A stretch of 63,081 nucleotides of DNA, filler included, from Octopus bimaculoides (Eukaryota): NCBI RefSeq assembly GCF_001194135.2. It is 4 parts of 4 records of this genome, joined end to end, with 100 filler letters (N's around TTAATTAATTAA, not from the genome) between each part and the next. Parts side by side here need not be neighbours in the genome. Positions count along the whole stretch, not along the records: positions 7,583 to 22,934 come from NC_068985.1; positions 23,035 to 43,427 come from NC_068992.1; 2 more parts are not named here. The stretch is one strand, 5' to 3'. Position numbers and translations under genes: made by a program. The notes beneath the pieces were generated by a model. That model did not search any database. It worked only from the letters and a program-made list of their open reading frames with translations, and was not told where the DNA came from. Positions 13,780 to 26,990 of this stretch are shown one piece after another. Position 1 is the stretch's first letter, and each line of letters begins with the position of its first letter.

Positions 13780-14430
13780 TCTCGACAAGTAGTTTTCTTT
13801 CTCTCTTAGATCCACTTGATACATCATCTAGCGGACCCTTTTTTCTATTGTCTATTGGCTGTCTTCCTGTCTTGTGTCGAAATTATGTTTCTCTCTTATC
13901 TATAGATCTTTATATTGGTTTACAGATCTATTCTGTACGAAACCCTTTGAGGTTTCGTCCAAAGTTCCCGTCTCTCACTTGTCTATATATCCCATGATAT
14001 CCAGTGAATGCCTTCGATTTTCTTATCAGTAGGTGCCATTGATATCTCGTCTAGTTGATCCGTTGTTCTCTTCCTTAAGAGTCCCCAAGATATATTGCTT
14101 AGAGACCTTTCCTTTTTGCATTTGATGTTTTGTCTAGCCTTATTTTTTGTAGATTATCCAAAGGCCCTCTTGACATCTCATCTCGAAGTCCTATTTCTCT
14201 CTTGTCTATTGACGCCCTTGACACCTCATCTAGAGGCCCCCCCTTCTCTATTCTCTATAGAGGACTTTGGTGTCTCTCTTGAGGCTCCTTCTCTCTCTAT
14301 CTCTGGTCTATAGGCCCCTATTATTGTCTCCTCTAGTGGTTCATTTTGCTTATAGATCCCTCTGATGTCTCTTCTAGCGACACCTTACTCATTTCTCTGC
14401 AGGTTCCCCTTGATGTCTCTGTAGCGGATA
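13780..14430 (-). repeat. Degenerate 48-bp minisatellite encoding a 16-aa motif on the minus strand
   Basis: ctag-like anchors at 14134, 14182, 14230, 14278, 14374 and 14421. Units read SIENREGGPLDEVSRA, SIDKREIGLRDEMSRG, PIDNRKKGPLDDVSSG. Confidence 0.65.
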
Positions 14431-15032
14431 TCTTGACACCTTTTGCATAGGCACCCTTTCCATATGGCTTAGAGCTTTATTTTTGCTTCTAATCTAAAGG
14501 ATCCTTTTAATGTTTTGTCAAATGGTTTCGTTCGTGCTTTTTTCTAGAGATCTCTTCACTGAGTTGTATCTTTCAATGCAATTTTTTAACTCTGAGTCAA
14601 ACCCAGTTGACGAGATGTGTCATCAAATGCAATCCAACCGCTCACACATGTGATTTCTTTCAATGCATGATGTACCATTGTCTACATTATCCAATATCGC
14701 TTTTATAACATGGTAGCATTTACTTTCAAAATAAGATTGGTTGTTATTTTTGTAGGAGGCCACGTGTGGGTAGTCTTGTTATCAATGTTCTATATGTGTG
14801 CATATTGAATTTTATTTTTGTCTGTAAGGATATGTATGGGTGGTGGCGTTATTGAGAATTCTGTACATGGTCTATATATTGAATTTGTTTATATACCATT
14901 CAAATATATTGGAACAATAACACACACACATGCACGGATACACATACACACATTCACGAATACACACACATATATATACATACATACATTCATTTATACA
15001 CAAACACACATATTTATATATACCTGTATACG

Positions 15033-15074
<42 letters not shown>

Positions 15075-15985
15075 TGTAANNNNNNNNNNNNNNNNNNNNN
15101 NNNNNNNNNNNNNNNNNNNNNNNNNNNNNNNNNNNNNNNNNNNNNNNNNNNNNNNNNNNNNNNNNNNNNNNNNNNNNNNNNNNNNNNNNNNNNNNNNNNN
15201 NNNNNNNNNNNNNNNNNNNNNNNNNNNNNNNNNNNNNNNNNNNNNNNNNNNNNNNNNNNNNNNNNNNNNNNNNNNNNNNNNNNNNNNNNNNNNNNNNNNN
15301 NNNNNNNNNNNNNNNNNNNNNNNNNNNNNNNNNNNNNNNNNNNNNNNNNNNNNNNNNNNNNNNNNNNNNNNNNNNNNNNNNNNNNNNNNNNNNNNNNNNN
15401 NNNNNNNNNNNNNNNNNNNNNNNNNNNNNNNNNNNNNNNNNNNNNNNNNNNNNNNNNNNNNNNNNNNNNNNNNNNNNNNNNNNNNNNNNNNNNNNNNNNN
15501 NNNNNNNNNNNNNNNNNNNNNNNNNNNNNNNNNNNNNNATACATATATATATATATATATATAGATACATACATACACCGACACTCACACACACACATAC
15601 ATATAAAAATGGTTACCTTATCGTTTAATCTGTGATCGAGCCGGCCTATGGCTTACATCTAATCGTTCAGAGCGTGTCTTTGTGTCTATGTGCTAATGTG
15701 TGGCTCTATATGCGTATGACAATGTATCCAAATGTTGTAATGAATGTATGTGTGTAATATAAAGCTACTACGATGGACTACCAATTCGATTAAATTGTCA
15801 TAAATTACCCTTCGTGTGTGCTTAGTTTGGCATCCAACATACATTATATATAGAAAACAAGTGAACCTGCAAATAACTGTCCTCGATCGGCTAGAAACAA
15901 CTGAAATTTTCCTTTTAACCATCCCGAAATAGCTTTGTAATTAAAATATTGAGATGTAATATAACGTAATGATGAAGTCGATATA

Positions 15986-17234
15986 ATAGGTTGGCAACTA
16001 AGTTCCCGCTGTTTTTTTAATTAAAATTTCTAAAAAGTTTAATAAATAATAACAACTAATTAATCTATAATGTATTCACCAACGTTCACCAAGATTTTCA
16101 ATACCTTATTGGTTGAAATCACCTGATTTCTACTCGAAAAATTTATACAACCAAGCTCTCAATTCTGCATCATTACTGAACAAAACTCCGAACATAGCAT
16201 TTGAAAGCGATCGAAAGAGGTGGAAATCCATTGGTGCCAAATCATGAGAGTACGGCGAATGTAGCAGCACTTCCCAGCCATGCGTTTAAATGGCTTCCTT
16301 GGTCATAATGGCGATATGAGGGCGGGCGATGTCGTGCTGACGATTAGGTCTTTTATCTTGAATAGCCGTGTTGAGTCGTTCCATCTGTTGAACATAGAGT
16401 TCTGCGTTGACCGCTTGGTTCCGTTCAAGCAATTCGTAATGGATAATCCCTTTCCAGTTCCACCATACGTACAACATCGTTTTACGTAAATGAAGATCTT
16501 GTTTCACACGCGGTGTCGCTTCTTTACTGGGGCTAAATCATTCCTTACACTGCTTCATATTGATGTACAGGCACCATTTTTCGTCGCCAGTAACGATGCG
16601 GTAAAGAAATCGTTGCGTGTGTCCATGAGTTGAGCGGTAACGAGCAAGCAAACCAGCGGTGATTGTGGCTCGTTGATTTTTGTTGTTGTCACTTAAAGCA
16701 TGCGGAAGCCATGCTTCATAATTCTGAACCTTTCCCGTTGAGTGAAGATGCTTCTCTATAGCAGCAGGAGAGCATTCCATTTTCTCTGCCAGTTCTCTTG
16801 TCGTTTGACGAGAATCTTCGGGCAAAAGTTTGTTTAATCGCTCTTCATGGAACTCAACTGGACGGCCAGAACGAGGTGCGTCTTTGAGGTCAAATTTTCC
16901 ATTTTTGAACTTGGCATACCAACGACAAGCGGTTCTCTAAGCTATGGCACCCTCCCCATACACACCAAAAATGTCGCAGGCAGCTTTTGCGGCCTTAGAA
17001 CCTTGATTAAAAGCGAAAAGAAGTAGGTATCGAAAATGCTCGTTTTTCTTAACTTGATATTCCATTTTAATGATCTGAAAATAAACAAAAATTAACTAAA
17101 ATTAACTAGAAAAAAAAAGATAGATTCCAAAATGATTCAAAAATAGAATTCTCGAAAAAGATAGATTCCAAATTTTTAAAAACGCAATAAATTACAAAAT
17201 TAAAAAACGGCGGGAACTTAGTTATCAACTCAAT
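15986..17234 (-). mobile_element. Mariner (DD34D) DNA transposon, near full length
   Basis: Imperfect TIRs ataggttggcaactaagttcccgctgttttt / rc attgagttgataactaagttcccgccgttttt, left TA flank, length about 1.25 kb. Confidence 0.93.
16060..17065 (-). pseudogene. Mariner transposase pseudogene
   Basis: MEYQVKKNEHFRYLLLFAFNQG..., WLPHAL, RIVTGDEKWCLY, HDIARPH, YSHDLAPMDFHLFRSL, GEYIID*; contains stops and frameshifts. Confidence 0.93.
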
Positions 17235-18414
17235 GCTTTATATCAGACAGGTTGTCTAAAGTAGAAAGCATTGTATCTTAGGTTTCATTAGTCAGTACTA
17301 AACAACAGAACCAGGAACGCTAAATTTTGGGGTATGAAAGGTACATTCTTTGATTAACTTTGGCTTAACAATTAATTGTGTTACATTGAAGAATATAAAT
17401 AAAACATTGTTTTCTGAAAATCTCAGCCATGTATGTTAAGTTTTGCTTTATCAGACAAATTTACATTTCGAAAATTCTCATAAAAGTATGGATCCGTGGC
17501 TTTATAATAAATCTATCTTTCTAATGCATATAACCACATTACTTGGTAGCTTTAGAGAGAATGGAAAAGAGAACGAGGTATATTACCTACAATAATATTG
17601 TTGTCGTTTATAATTATCATTGTCTTTGTTTAGTAAAGTTTACAGGAATACTAATTGACACTATAACATATAATTTACGCATTACGAACTGTCGAATCTA
17701 AACCGTAGTCAAATTGGTTATTATGACTGCATAATATATTGTGTTTATTATACTCTGGAGATTCTGTATAGACACCGAGATCGAGCATAATAAGATACCC
17801 GGAAAATTAGATATGGAAAACGAAGAATAGCGATGTATTTACCTTTGTAAATTATTTTATTCTAGAATAGTCTGAGTTCATATTCTGTGATGGTCAATAT
17901 ATATTATATGCTGATTGTGTCTAGTAAGGCAAACTAACTTAAGGTCAATTCAAAAGTGTTTGAGACGTATCTGAACCTGTAAGTTTTGCAGTGGAGAAAA
18001 AATTCTCGCTTAAAGCAAAATGTTTAAAAACCATAGTCAACTGAAGTCGCGCTCTATGGACTTATGGTTGCATTTCGAGCGCTTTAATTCTTCTCAGCAC
18101 TTGATACCAAAAGAGGCAACTTTGAAAATTTGAAACCTTTGTATCGTTCTTCAGAAATCAGTAAATAATAAAGAATGCGGTATGTTTTTACACATTTAAT
18201 TTTAAGCAAACTAAACTGCTAAGCCTTTACAAATTCAGATATCTTCTAAACACGTTTGATTTAAAGGCTATTTATCTTCCGCCACAACATTACGCACCCT
18301 CTCACATATCAGTAAAATATTGTGGAGTTCCAGTGAACTTCGTCTTCACAATAAATTTCGCAATGAACTCAGCATAAAGTCACTAGATTAGTAAATGTTT
18401 TGTTTTAGGTGTTA

Positions 18415-18585
18415 ATCTATTCGATCAACTCCAGTGCTGAAATGTACTATATTTTATCGGTCCCGAAATGATGCAAATCGAAGATTATCTAAGCAGGATT
18501 TGAACCCTAAATGTAACGAGGGAGAAGAGACCCCGTTCAACATTTTGTCCATAGCGCTAACAATTCTGACATCTCACCGCCTTAA
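18415..18585 (-). mobile_element. Old SINE family A copy
   Basis: Diverged match to 3690-3836 (ggatttgaac..., ctaacaattctgacatctcaccgcct). Confidence 0.55.
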
Positions 18586-20626
18586 CTTGCTTCTAGATGA
18601 GTGTTTCTGATTTAAGCACGAGACCATTAATTTGAAGGGGAACGTAAGGTCATACCAATTGTTAACTTGTGCTTAATCTTATCGATGCTTGAGGAGTGGA
18701 GGATAAAGCTCACCCTGGTGGAATTTGGATTCACAAAGCAGTGTAGGAAGAAATACCACTAAGCTCGATGCTTTAAGGATCATGCCATCTCAACAACTTA
18801 GCTTACTTTAAAATAACATTATTTTAACATTTGTCAGTAACGTAGAGATACATATCTTTGGGTGGACTATATTTTGCCATTGAAGGAGGTTAACAAAACA
18901 TAACGTACGTCAAAGAGCTCATTAAAAATCGGAACTACAAATTGCATTTCGATTATCAGTTGAGTCAAGTTCTCACTCCTTCCGCACTTAACGCACTTGT
19001 GGGATGTTGGAACGTTAATATTGTTTATTTTCTTTGTTTAAACAAGCATATACAACATTAATCTGCTCCTAAAAATTCACTGATATATTTTCCATACAAA
19101 AGTAAACTAGACTGAACGTTTACAGCTATTTCCTAACATAACTTCTAAATATCATACAATAAGTTATAGTAAGTAACTTTCAAACTACATTCGTAATCCT
19201 CTCCCAAATGACGTTTCCTCTAACATTAATACCATTAGCAGAAATTTATTTTCTAACATCGACGGCCATTGCCTTTGTCTAATTATGTCTGGTCATTCAT
19301 GTGATTACGGGGATATATATTCAATAGAAAAGTCATTTGTTGTTAATCAGCAGTAGACAAATATGTCCATAACACTTAACAAACAATGGCTGATTTCTGT
19401 GTAAACTGCTTACAAAATATGAGTTCCTAATTACTATGTAGACTGAATAAAAAACGAAAAAATAGTGATTGGATGAAAAGCATAATTACAGCTCTTCACT
19501 TGCTCATTATGTCTGAGAATAAAACAGAACCTTCGTTGAGATTCGAATTGAAGAGTTGTTTATTTTTCTTTTTATTTTCTTTCATAAATGTTTAGAATTA
19601 TCTACGTGTTATCTTTTAAATTAATCTTCAATTCAATTTTATTATAATTTACGTCGTGTTTTCATAATTGTTCCCCATAAAATCAGCATCTGTTTCCAAG
19701 ATATCAGAATCGATCAATATTCTTCATTATCATATGTAGAAATGCTTACACTAATTAGCAGATGCTTTAAATAATTATCCGATATATTAATTGTGGAGAC
19801 GGGATAAAATATAGTAATATATTTAATCTCAACCTTCGTTAACGATTAATTGATGACAAATTAATTACTCGAGATTTTATTAGAATGGCAACGTTTTGCT
19901 ATATTTCGTGAAGCTTAGATTTAATCTCTACAAATAACTTGGAAGAGGTTTTGATAATATACTAGGTCTACATTTGCAGTGCTTTACAGGAAGTTTGAAA
20001 AATAATACGAGATTCATCCGTTCCAAATATCTACAATTGGAAATAATTGCTTGAAATAAATTTATGTCCTACAGTACGAAGGTATCGAACAGAAATCTGT
20101 AATACAAACTTTAAAAATCTGCTTTAAATACAAAATCGTTTGAAGTTTGATTCGTCAGAAATGTGAAGCGAGCTGTAGCCCTTATTCTTTGGTTATTTTC
20201 TCACTCTGATCCTAGCCCTGCACGTTGCTATCATCTAAACTCGATACTTCTTCATTCTCCTCCTCATTGTCAACTATCCAGAAATAATAGATTTGAGTAC
20301 CATCTAAGTAGTTATTAATTCCATTTTAAGTAATCACCTAACAATCATTTGAGTAGGCAAAGAATCCCAAGCAGTTTTACTCAGGCCAGGACAGTATCTA
20401 TAGTTGTTTTTTCTTTTACGTTTATTTAAAAATTTCGTCTGGTGGATTTCCCTGATGAAGCCGATTACATCCATTCAAGCCATTGCTGATTTGTTTGCTC
20501 GGAAAATATGTCAAAATATTAACCACTATTATAAATATCCCCTCCAATTTATACACCACTTTTGTGTTACATATTTTTCAGCATAGACGGTATATGTTAT
20601 ATATATTTATATATATATATATATAA

Positions 20627-21980
20627 CTAGCAGAAATATTCGATGATTCCCGAGTTAAAGAAAAGAAAGAAATTTAAAATAGCCGTCTAGATTATGTTGG
20701 TCTAAAGTGCTAATAGCTGAGATACTAACTTTCTACATTACTAACTCTCCAACACATGCCAGCATGGAACATACACGTTAAGTGAAATGTTAACAGAAAG
20801 TTTACAACACATATATGTAAATAAAGTAAATACACGTAATTCACAAACACGTATTGTGTAGCTTATTTCGTAACAAAAAAAAAAGCAGGTACAGATTTTA
20901 AACAATGAATGGCAGGTTTTGGTGATCTATTTGACAGAGGTTGTAGAGTGCCAATCCGATGGGAAATCCGACCTTGGATCTTGAAAGTTTGCATAAATCC
21001 TGGCTCAGTTCAATCTTTTGTGGCTCCAAATGATGTCATCTGTAGTGCAGCATTGTATTGTCTAATTTTGTTTTTGAAGTGCTTGGAATCTTGGTCAGTT
21101 GGTAACAACGGTTTTTTCAAAGGCTTTGGAGGATGGGGGATTGCAGGGTGTTTAACCTTTCCACCACTGCAGCATAGTGCAGGTGTCTCTCCAGGCCACT
21201 TCCTTGCTTTACAATGTATGTACTCAGTTGTCATTGCACCAATGGAAACTCTACTGTCATCTTCATAATGAACAGCTGAATCATAATTGAAAGCTGCTTT
21301 ATAGAAGTTGCTTCTCTGAGCCTTTGCCACTGCTCTTCCTTCTGCAGTGGAGATTCTATTCCTTGTCAGTGGAGATACTATTCCTTGTCAGTGGAGATTC
21401 TATTCCTTGTCAGTGGAGATTCTATTCCTTGTTATCACTTTGAGATGCTCTAGCTTTTGTAGTGCACAGTCTGTTTGTTTCTTGGTGTGCCACCCTGTCT
21501 ACAGCTGTCTCTCTTTCCCTGGACAGACACATTCTTTTGGTTGACCTTGACATTGTAGATAAATTTGACATTTTCTAGGCATGGTTATATACGTATACAA
21601 AATTACATGGGTGCAGAGGATAGTAAACAATGAAAATAACTGAGTAACAGAAACTATATTTCTTAATACGACGGACAGAAAGTAAATAAGAAATTTTTAC
21701 GGAAAATAAAAAATTGTACGGGTTGAAGCGAAATTTGTCAGTATCGAACATACCAGTATAGAAGGAACCAGATAAAAAAAGCCGTTAACAACTGAAAAAC
21801 ACAAAACTGTTGCAAAGATAAATAAGAAATTTCTAGGGAAGTTAACAAAGTGTACAGATTTAAGTGAAATTTAAGAAGCTGCTTCATTCTATATTATGTA
21901 TGAAATTACATTCACCCGTAATTGTGAACTTCTTTCTGTCAGTAGTATATCGTTGTTGTTTGTAAATAGCGAATAAAACT
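20627..21980 (-). mobile_element. Internally deleted Helitron (RepHel N-terminus plus 3' end)
   Basis: CCSGGKVKHP...HFKNKIRQYNAALQMTSFGA...GFMQTFKIQG is the Helitron N-terminal region. ATG at 21582. The minus strand ends tttctgCTAG|t at 20627 after a decayed hairpin. 5' limit uncertain. Confidence 0.85.
21345..21432. repeat. 4 x 22-bp tandem repeat inside the Helitron ORF
   Basis: cagtggagattctattccttgt x4, one substitution. Confidence 0.95.
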
Positions 21981-22041
21981 TACAGTGAAAACAAATAGCG
22001 ATTGAATTGAAAATGAAAACAATAGAGAGTCAGATAGAGAG

Positions 22042-22127
<86 letters not shown>

Positions 22128-22514
22128 TTAGACAAATATGATAGATACCGATAGATAGATAAAATATAGACAGATAGAAACAGAAAGATGGATAGACATA
22201 GAGATAGAGATGGATGCAGAGATATAGATAGGGAGATATAGATGTCAGTGACGTTAAAAAAACAAAAGTAAAGTATTTTCAAAAACTTTCAAAGACGTGA
22301 ATCTAATATAAAAAGCAATTTTTTAAATGAAATATCATTTGAAGAGCCTAACATGTGTCCGACATCAAATTATTCATGCATCACAAGTATGGAAGCAATT
22401 GGTGAGGCCGTTTTCACGTTAAAAGCAAATACACACACATGTATATTTGATATGTTAGATAAGATTGTAAATTTTTTGACCAATGGATGCAAGGGAGATA
22501 ATAAATTTCTGAAA

Positions 22515-22934
22515 GTTAATTTGCAAAGAGTTGCAAAACAAACAACTGAACAAAAATCTGCACATTGTTTGGCTAGATCTTGCCAATGCATATGGATCTG
22601 TTCCACAAGCGGTAATCAGAGCAGCGATGGACTTCTTTTGGATTCCAAAAGATGTTCAACGAATGCTCATGTCCTACTACGACAACATGAGGATGAGATT
22701 TACAACAGGAGAGTTCACAACGGAGTGGCAACGGCTAGAAGTAGGTATTGCAGCCGGATGCACGATATCAGTCATCTTATTCGTGCTAGTCATGGAGATG
22801 TTACTAAGGTCAACAAACTGTGAGAAATCTGCTATAAAGACACCATTAAGGGCTTTTATGGACGACATCACTCTACTATCGGAAAGTAGAGAAGCGGCAG
22901 AGGGAACGTTAGAGCGGTTGGATGAACTAATAGG
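22515..22934 (+). mobile_element. RLE-type non-LTR reverse transcriptase fragment (Hero-like)
   Basis: WLDLANAYGSVP, WQRLEVGIAAGCTISVILF, AFMDD; open frame cut by a gap. Confidence 0.85.
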
Positions 22935-23176
22935 NNNNNNNNNNNNNNNNNNNNNNNNNNNNNNNNNNNNNNNNNNNNTTAATTAATTAANNNNNNNNNN
23001 NNNNNNNNNNNNNNNNNNNNNNNNNNNNNNNNNNAGCTGTAACAATAGAAGGAAGCGCATTGTGAACAGCAATGTACAATAACTAATAGTCTGATTGCTC
23101 CCTATGCCCTCTCTCTCTCTCCCTCTTTCTCTCTCTTACCCGATATATACATATATATGTATGTGCGTGTATATAC

Positions 23177-23229
<53 letters not shown>

Positions 23230-24328
23230 TGTTGTTACCTTTCCCCCAGATCTTCCCCTCTCTAAGGCGGAGCGCTCCATCCTCAGTAAGTGTCTGCGTT
23301 TCATCCACCTCACTCCATCCTGCAACGAATGTATATACCTACTTAGTTCCCTCTCCTTATCCCTTTCTCAGTCCCTGTATATCTGTTTATTTCTTTGTGT
23401 CTGTTTACTTCAGTGTTAAACATTAACTTCAAAATCAGTTCACAAGCATTTTCTAAATCATGTCCCTTGTTTTTCTCTGCTCTCAAACTCTTCGATGCAG
23501 TATGGGTTTTTGTAAGTGCATGAACGTTACACAGTCCTATTTGTACTTCTTTACGAATACATGCCTACGCCTCTCCGCATATCTCTTCCCGCACAGGATA
23601 CGGCGATAGAGACTCCAATTAAAATACATTTGTTTTTATAGTTGTCTCTATTTCCTCTTTCCTTACATTTAATATTCTCCCTCGAAGCAAAGGCTTTGGA
23701 CAGTCCCTGTGCACAATCCTTGATGAAACTACATCACAGCAGAAGACAACTTTGGCGGTAGAGTTCTCCAAGTCCTTTTCTCATCGAAACTGAGCTTAAA
23801 TAAATAAAAGAGTAGAGACGATATTCATTTAACTATTTCCTTTTTCTGTTCCGATACATAACTTAAACAAGCTTCATTTATAAATCAACTTTAAAATAAC
23901 AACCCAGCTATGACCTTAAAAACATAAGTAGCAGACAATAAAATGATGATTTCTAACTTATACAAAAATTCCATCGCTTTGGTTGAAGGTGTACATCAAA
24001 ATTGAATGAACCACGCCTTAGAATTTGAATGTTTTCCTACCCTTGGATTAATGAAAAGTAAGGTGTCTATGCCAAGATTTGAACATTGACAAATAAAAGG
24101 AGGAAAATGTAAGTGATTGTCGTTTTGTTATTGGCGGTAGATATATCGTCTGCTCTCTCCATTTTTACTTTTACAGTGTACGCTGTGTCGTCTGCTCAAT
24201 GCAGGTCGTTGCCTTTCATTTTCTATCTCTCATTTTAACATTTCACTCCACACCCGCCACCAGCTGCTTTTTACATTTCCTCTTTTTCTTTTCTCCCAAC
24301 CTTCTTCCTTTCCTGTTCCGCCCACACA

Positions 24329-24359
<31 letters not shown>

Positions 24360-24812
24360 NNNNNNNNNNNNNNNNNNNNNNNNNNNNNNNNNNNNNNNNN
24401 NNNNNNNNNNNNNNNNNNNNNNNNNNNNNNNNNNNNNNNNNNNNNNNNNNNNNNNNNNNNNNNNNNNNNNNNNNNNNNNNNNNNNNNNNNNNNNNNNNNN
24501 NNNNNNNNNNNNNNNNNNNNNNNNNNNNNNNNNNNNNNNNNNNNNNNNNNNNNNNNNNNNNNNNNNNNNNNNNNNNNNNNNNNNNNNNNNNNNNNNNNNN
24601 NNNNNNNNNNNNNNNNNNNNNNNNNNNNNNNNNNNNNNNNNNNNNNNNNNNNNNNNNNNNNNNNNNNNNNNNNNNNNNNNNNNNNNNNNNNNNNNNNNNN
24701 NNNNNNNNNNNNNNNNNNNNNNNNNNNNNNNNNNNNNNNNNNNNNNNNNNNNNNNNNNNNNNNNNNNNNNNNNNNNNNNNNNNNNNNNNNNNNNNNNNNN
24801 NNNNNNNNNNNN

Positions 24813-24852
<40 letters not shown>

Positions 24853-25451
24853 CACACATCTATATCTACATTAACATATAAACATACGTATGTATACGGA
24901 CACATATCCCTCACACACGTACCTATGTATAAATATTAAAATGTGCGTTAGTGCGCACGCACGTAAGTGTGTTTATGTTTGTATTTACATATGTATGTAT
25001 GTACGCATATATGTACGCACGTACAAAGACACATACGCAGATAGGTTTGAATGTATACATATATATATACATATACCCACCCCCACACACACGCACTATA
25101 TATATATATGTGTGTGTCTTGACGGTTATTTATCACATACCTATCGGAAATATCTATGCCTGTGGGTGGTCTGTCTGTGCATAGATGTGAATCAACGTTT
25201 ACCAGGACGGTGTTGGAATTTGTTTAAAAGCAGGTGCCTCTTCCGGAGTGTACGGCTGTGTATATATTATATATAGAGTTATAACTGATTTCCATCCCTA
25301 GAAACATGATTCAATAGCTTCCTATCAAGCATTTTTACTACGCATCTATATTATAGTTACTAAATCATGTGTGTATGTGTGTGTGTGTGTGTACATATAT
25401 GTTCATATATATACGTACATGCACACACACGCATATATCCACCTAATTATG

Positions 25452-25610
25452 TGTGGCTGTGTGGTAAAAAGCTTGTTTCTCAACCACATGGTTCCAGCTT
25501 CGGTTCAATTGCGTGGCCCTTGGGCAAGTGTCTTCTATTATTGCCTCGGGCTGACCAAAGCCTTGTGAGTGGATTTGTTAGATGGAAACTGAAAGAAGCT
25601 TGTTGTGTGT
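25452..25610 (+). mobile_element. SINE family B copy
   Basis: gtggctgtgtggtaaaaagcttg...ccttgggcaagtgtcttctattattgcctcgggctgaccaaagccttgtgagtggatttg. Confidence 0.8.
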
Positions 25611-25714
25611 CTATATATATTAGTTAGAATTTTCTTCAGGTCGAGTAGCCCATCCTGCTCAAAAGGTCCCTGAATAAAGGTTGTTTAAGGATGTTGAACG
25701 AAACACCGAAGTTT

Positions 25715-26990
25715 CCAAAGATGAATAATTCAATCACCCAACGCCCCGATCACCACTGGTATCGCTTTTACATTACCCTCTCGCATTCCATACAGTCTTG
25801 TCATTTCCACTTTCAATTCGGAGTACTTGGTGATTTTTCAACCTCTTTACTCACAACATTCATGTCATTTGGTATGGCTGCATCAATGATCTGACAGTAT
25901 TTACTTCTCATATTGAATATGACAATATCTGGCTGACGGAGTTCGATTACACGATCCGTCTGAAAATCATAGTCTCAGAGTATCGTTACTTTTCCATCCT
26001 CCTGCATAACTTTACTTGGTAAATGCTCATACCAGTTCTCTGTTACTTCATATTCGTATTTACGGCATAAGAGCCAACGAAGATACACACACGCTTTATC
26101 GTGGTAGCGCTTGTATTCTTTTTGTGCAAGGCTCTCACAACCACTTACCAAGTTGATCACATTTTCCACACTCTTTCCACAGTGTCTGCATTTCTGGATG
26201 ACAGAAGTTTTATAGATATTACGCTTCACTAACTTGGTAGCGAAAGCCTGGTCTTGTGCAGCAATGATCAAGCTTTCGGTGGTACGCTTCAAATCACCTC
26301 GCTCAAGCCATGCCCACAATATTGCATTATCCTTAACGTCCCGTGTATTCCTTTCAAACTATCCATGCATTTTCATTTCAAGAAGATCTTCGTTTCTCTT
26401 CTCCTCAGCTCTTTGATTAAGCTCTTCCTTGCCCATCATTTCATCTGCATTTACACCCATATCTTTCGCGGCATATTACAGCAGGTCTTCATCGCTGTTT
26501 ATCAAATACTCGGCAAGCGTTCTCCTCTGTACAAATTAGTCCTCTTCCACCATTCTTTCTTTTCATATACAGTCTGTTTACGTTTGCTTTAGGGCGTAGC
26601 GCCCCATGCAGTGTCATCAGCGTTTTCGTCATTCTATCTTTTGATATTTCCTCCTTAGTCCTTTTGACGATAGACGCACTATATCCGACCACCACAACTG
26701 CCCAGATATTCATTGCCATAATCAAATTTTTGACATTCAGGTTGGATCTCAACACCATCTTCACCCTTTTTTGATACGCCTCGCTGACCTTGACTTACAT
26801 TTCTCCGTGCAGCATGTCATCCAGCTCCAAGATCCCTAGATATCTATACCGACTACCGTTGGGTTCAACCATAGTCTTTCCCGATGGTAACCACAATCCT
26901 CTGCAGGTTGCTTTCTTTCCTCTTTTCATATTAAGTACTGAGCATTTGGTCATCCCAAATTCCATACCGATATCCCTACCACACTTCTGG
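25715..26990 (-). mobile_element. R4/Dong-like non-LTR retrotransposon 3' part (RT end, CCHC knuckle, RLE endonuclease)
   Basis: DIGMEFGMTKC...YRYLGILE, GGRGL, GDLKRTTESLIIAAQDQ, CRHC...SGC...LAQKEYKRYHD, QTDRVIELRQPDIVI; frameshifted. Confidence 0.88.

Noticed and set aside
23430-23800. CR1 ORF1 esterase-like relic on the minus strand
   Set aside because: Only a doubtful GVS-for-GDS resemblance; too degraded to support.
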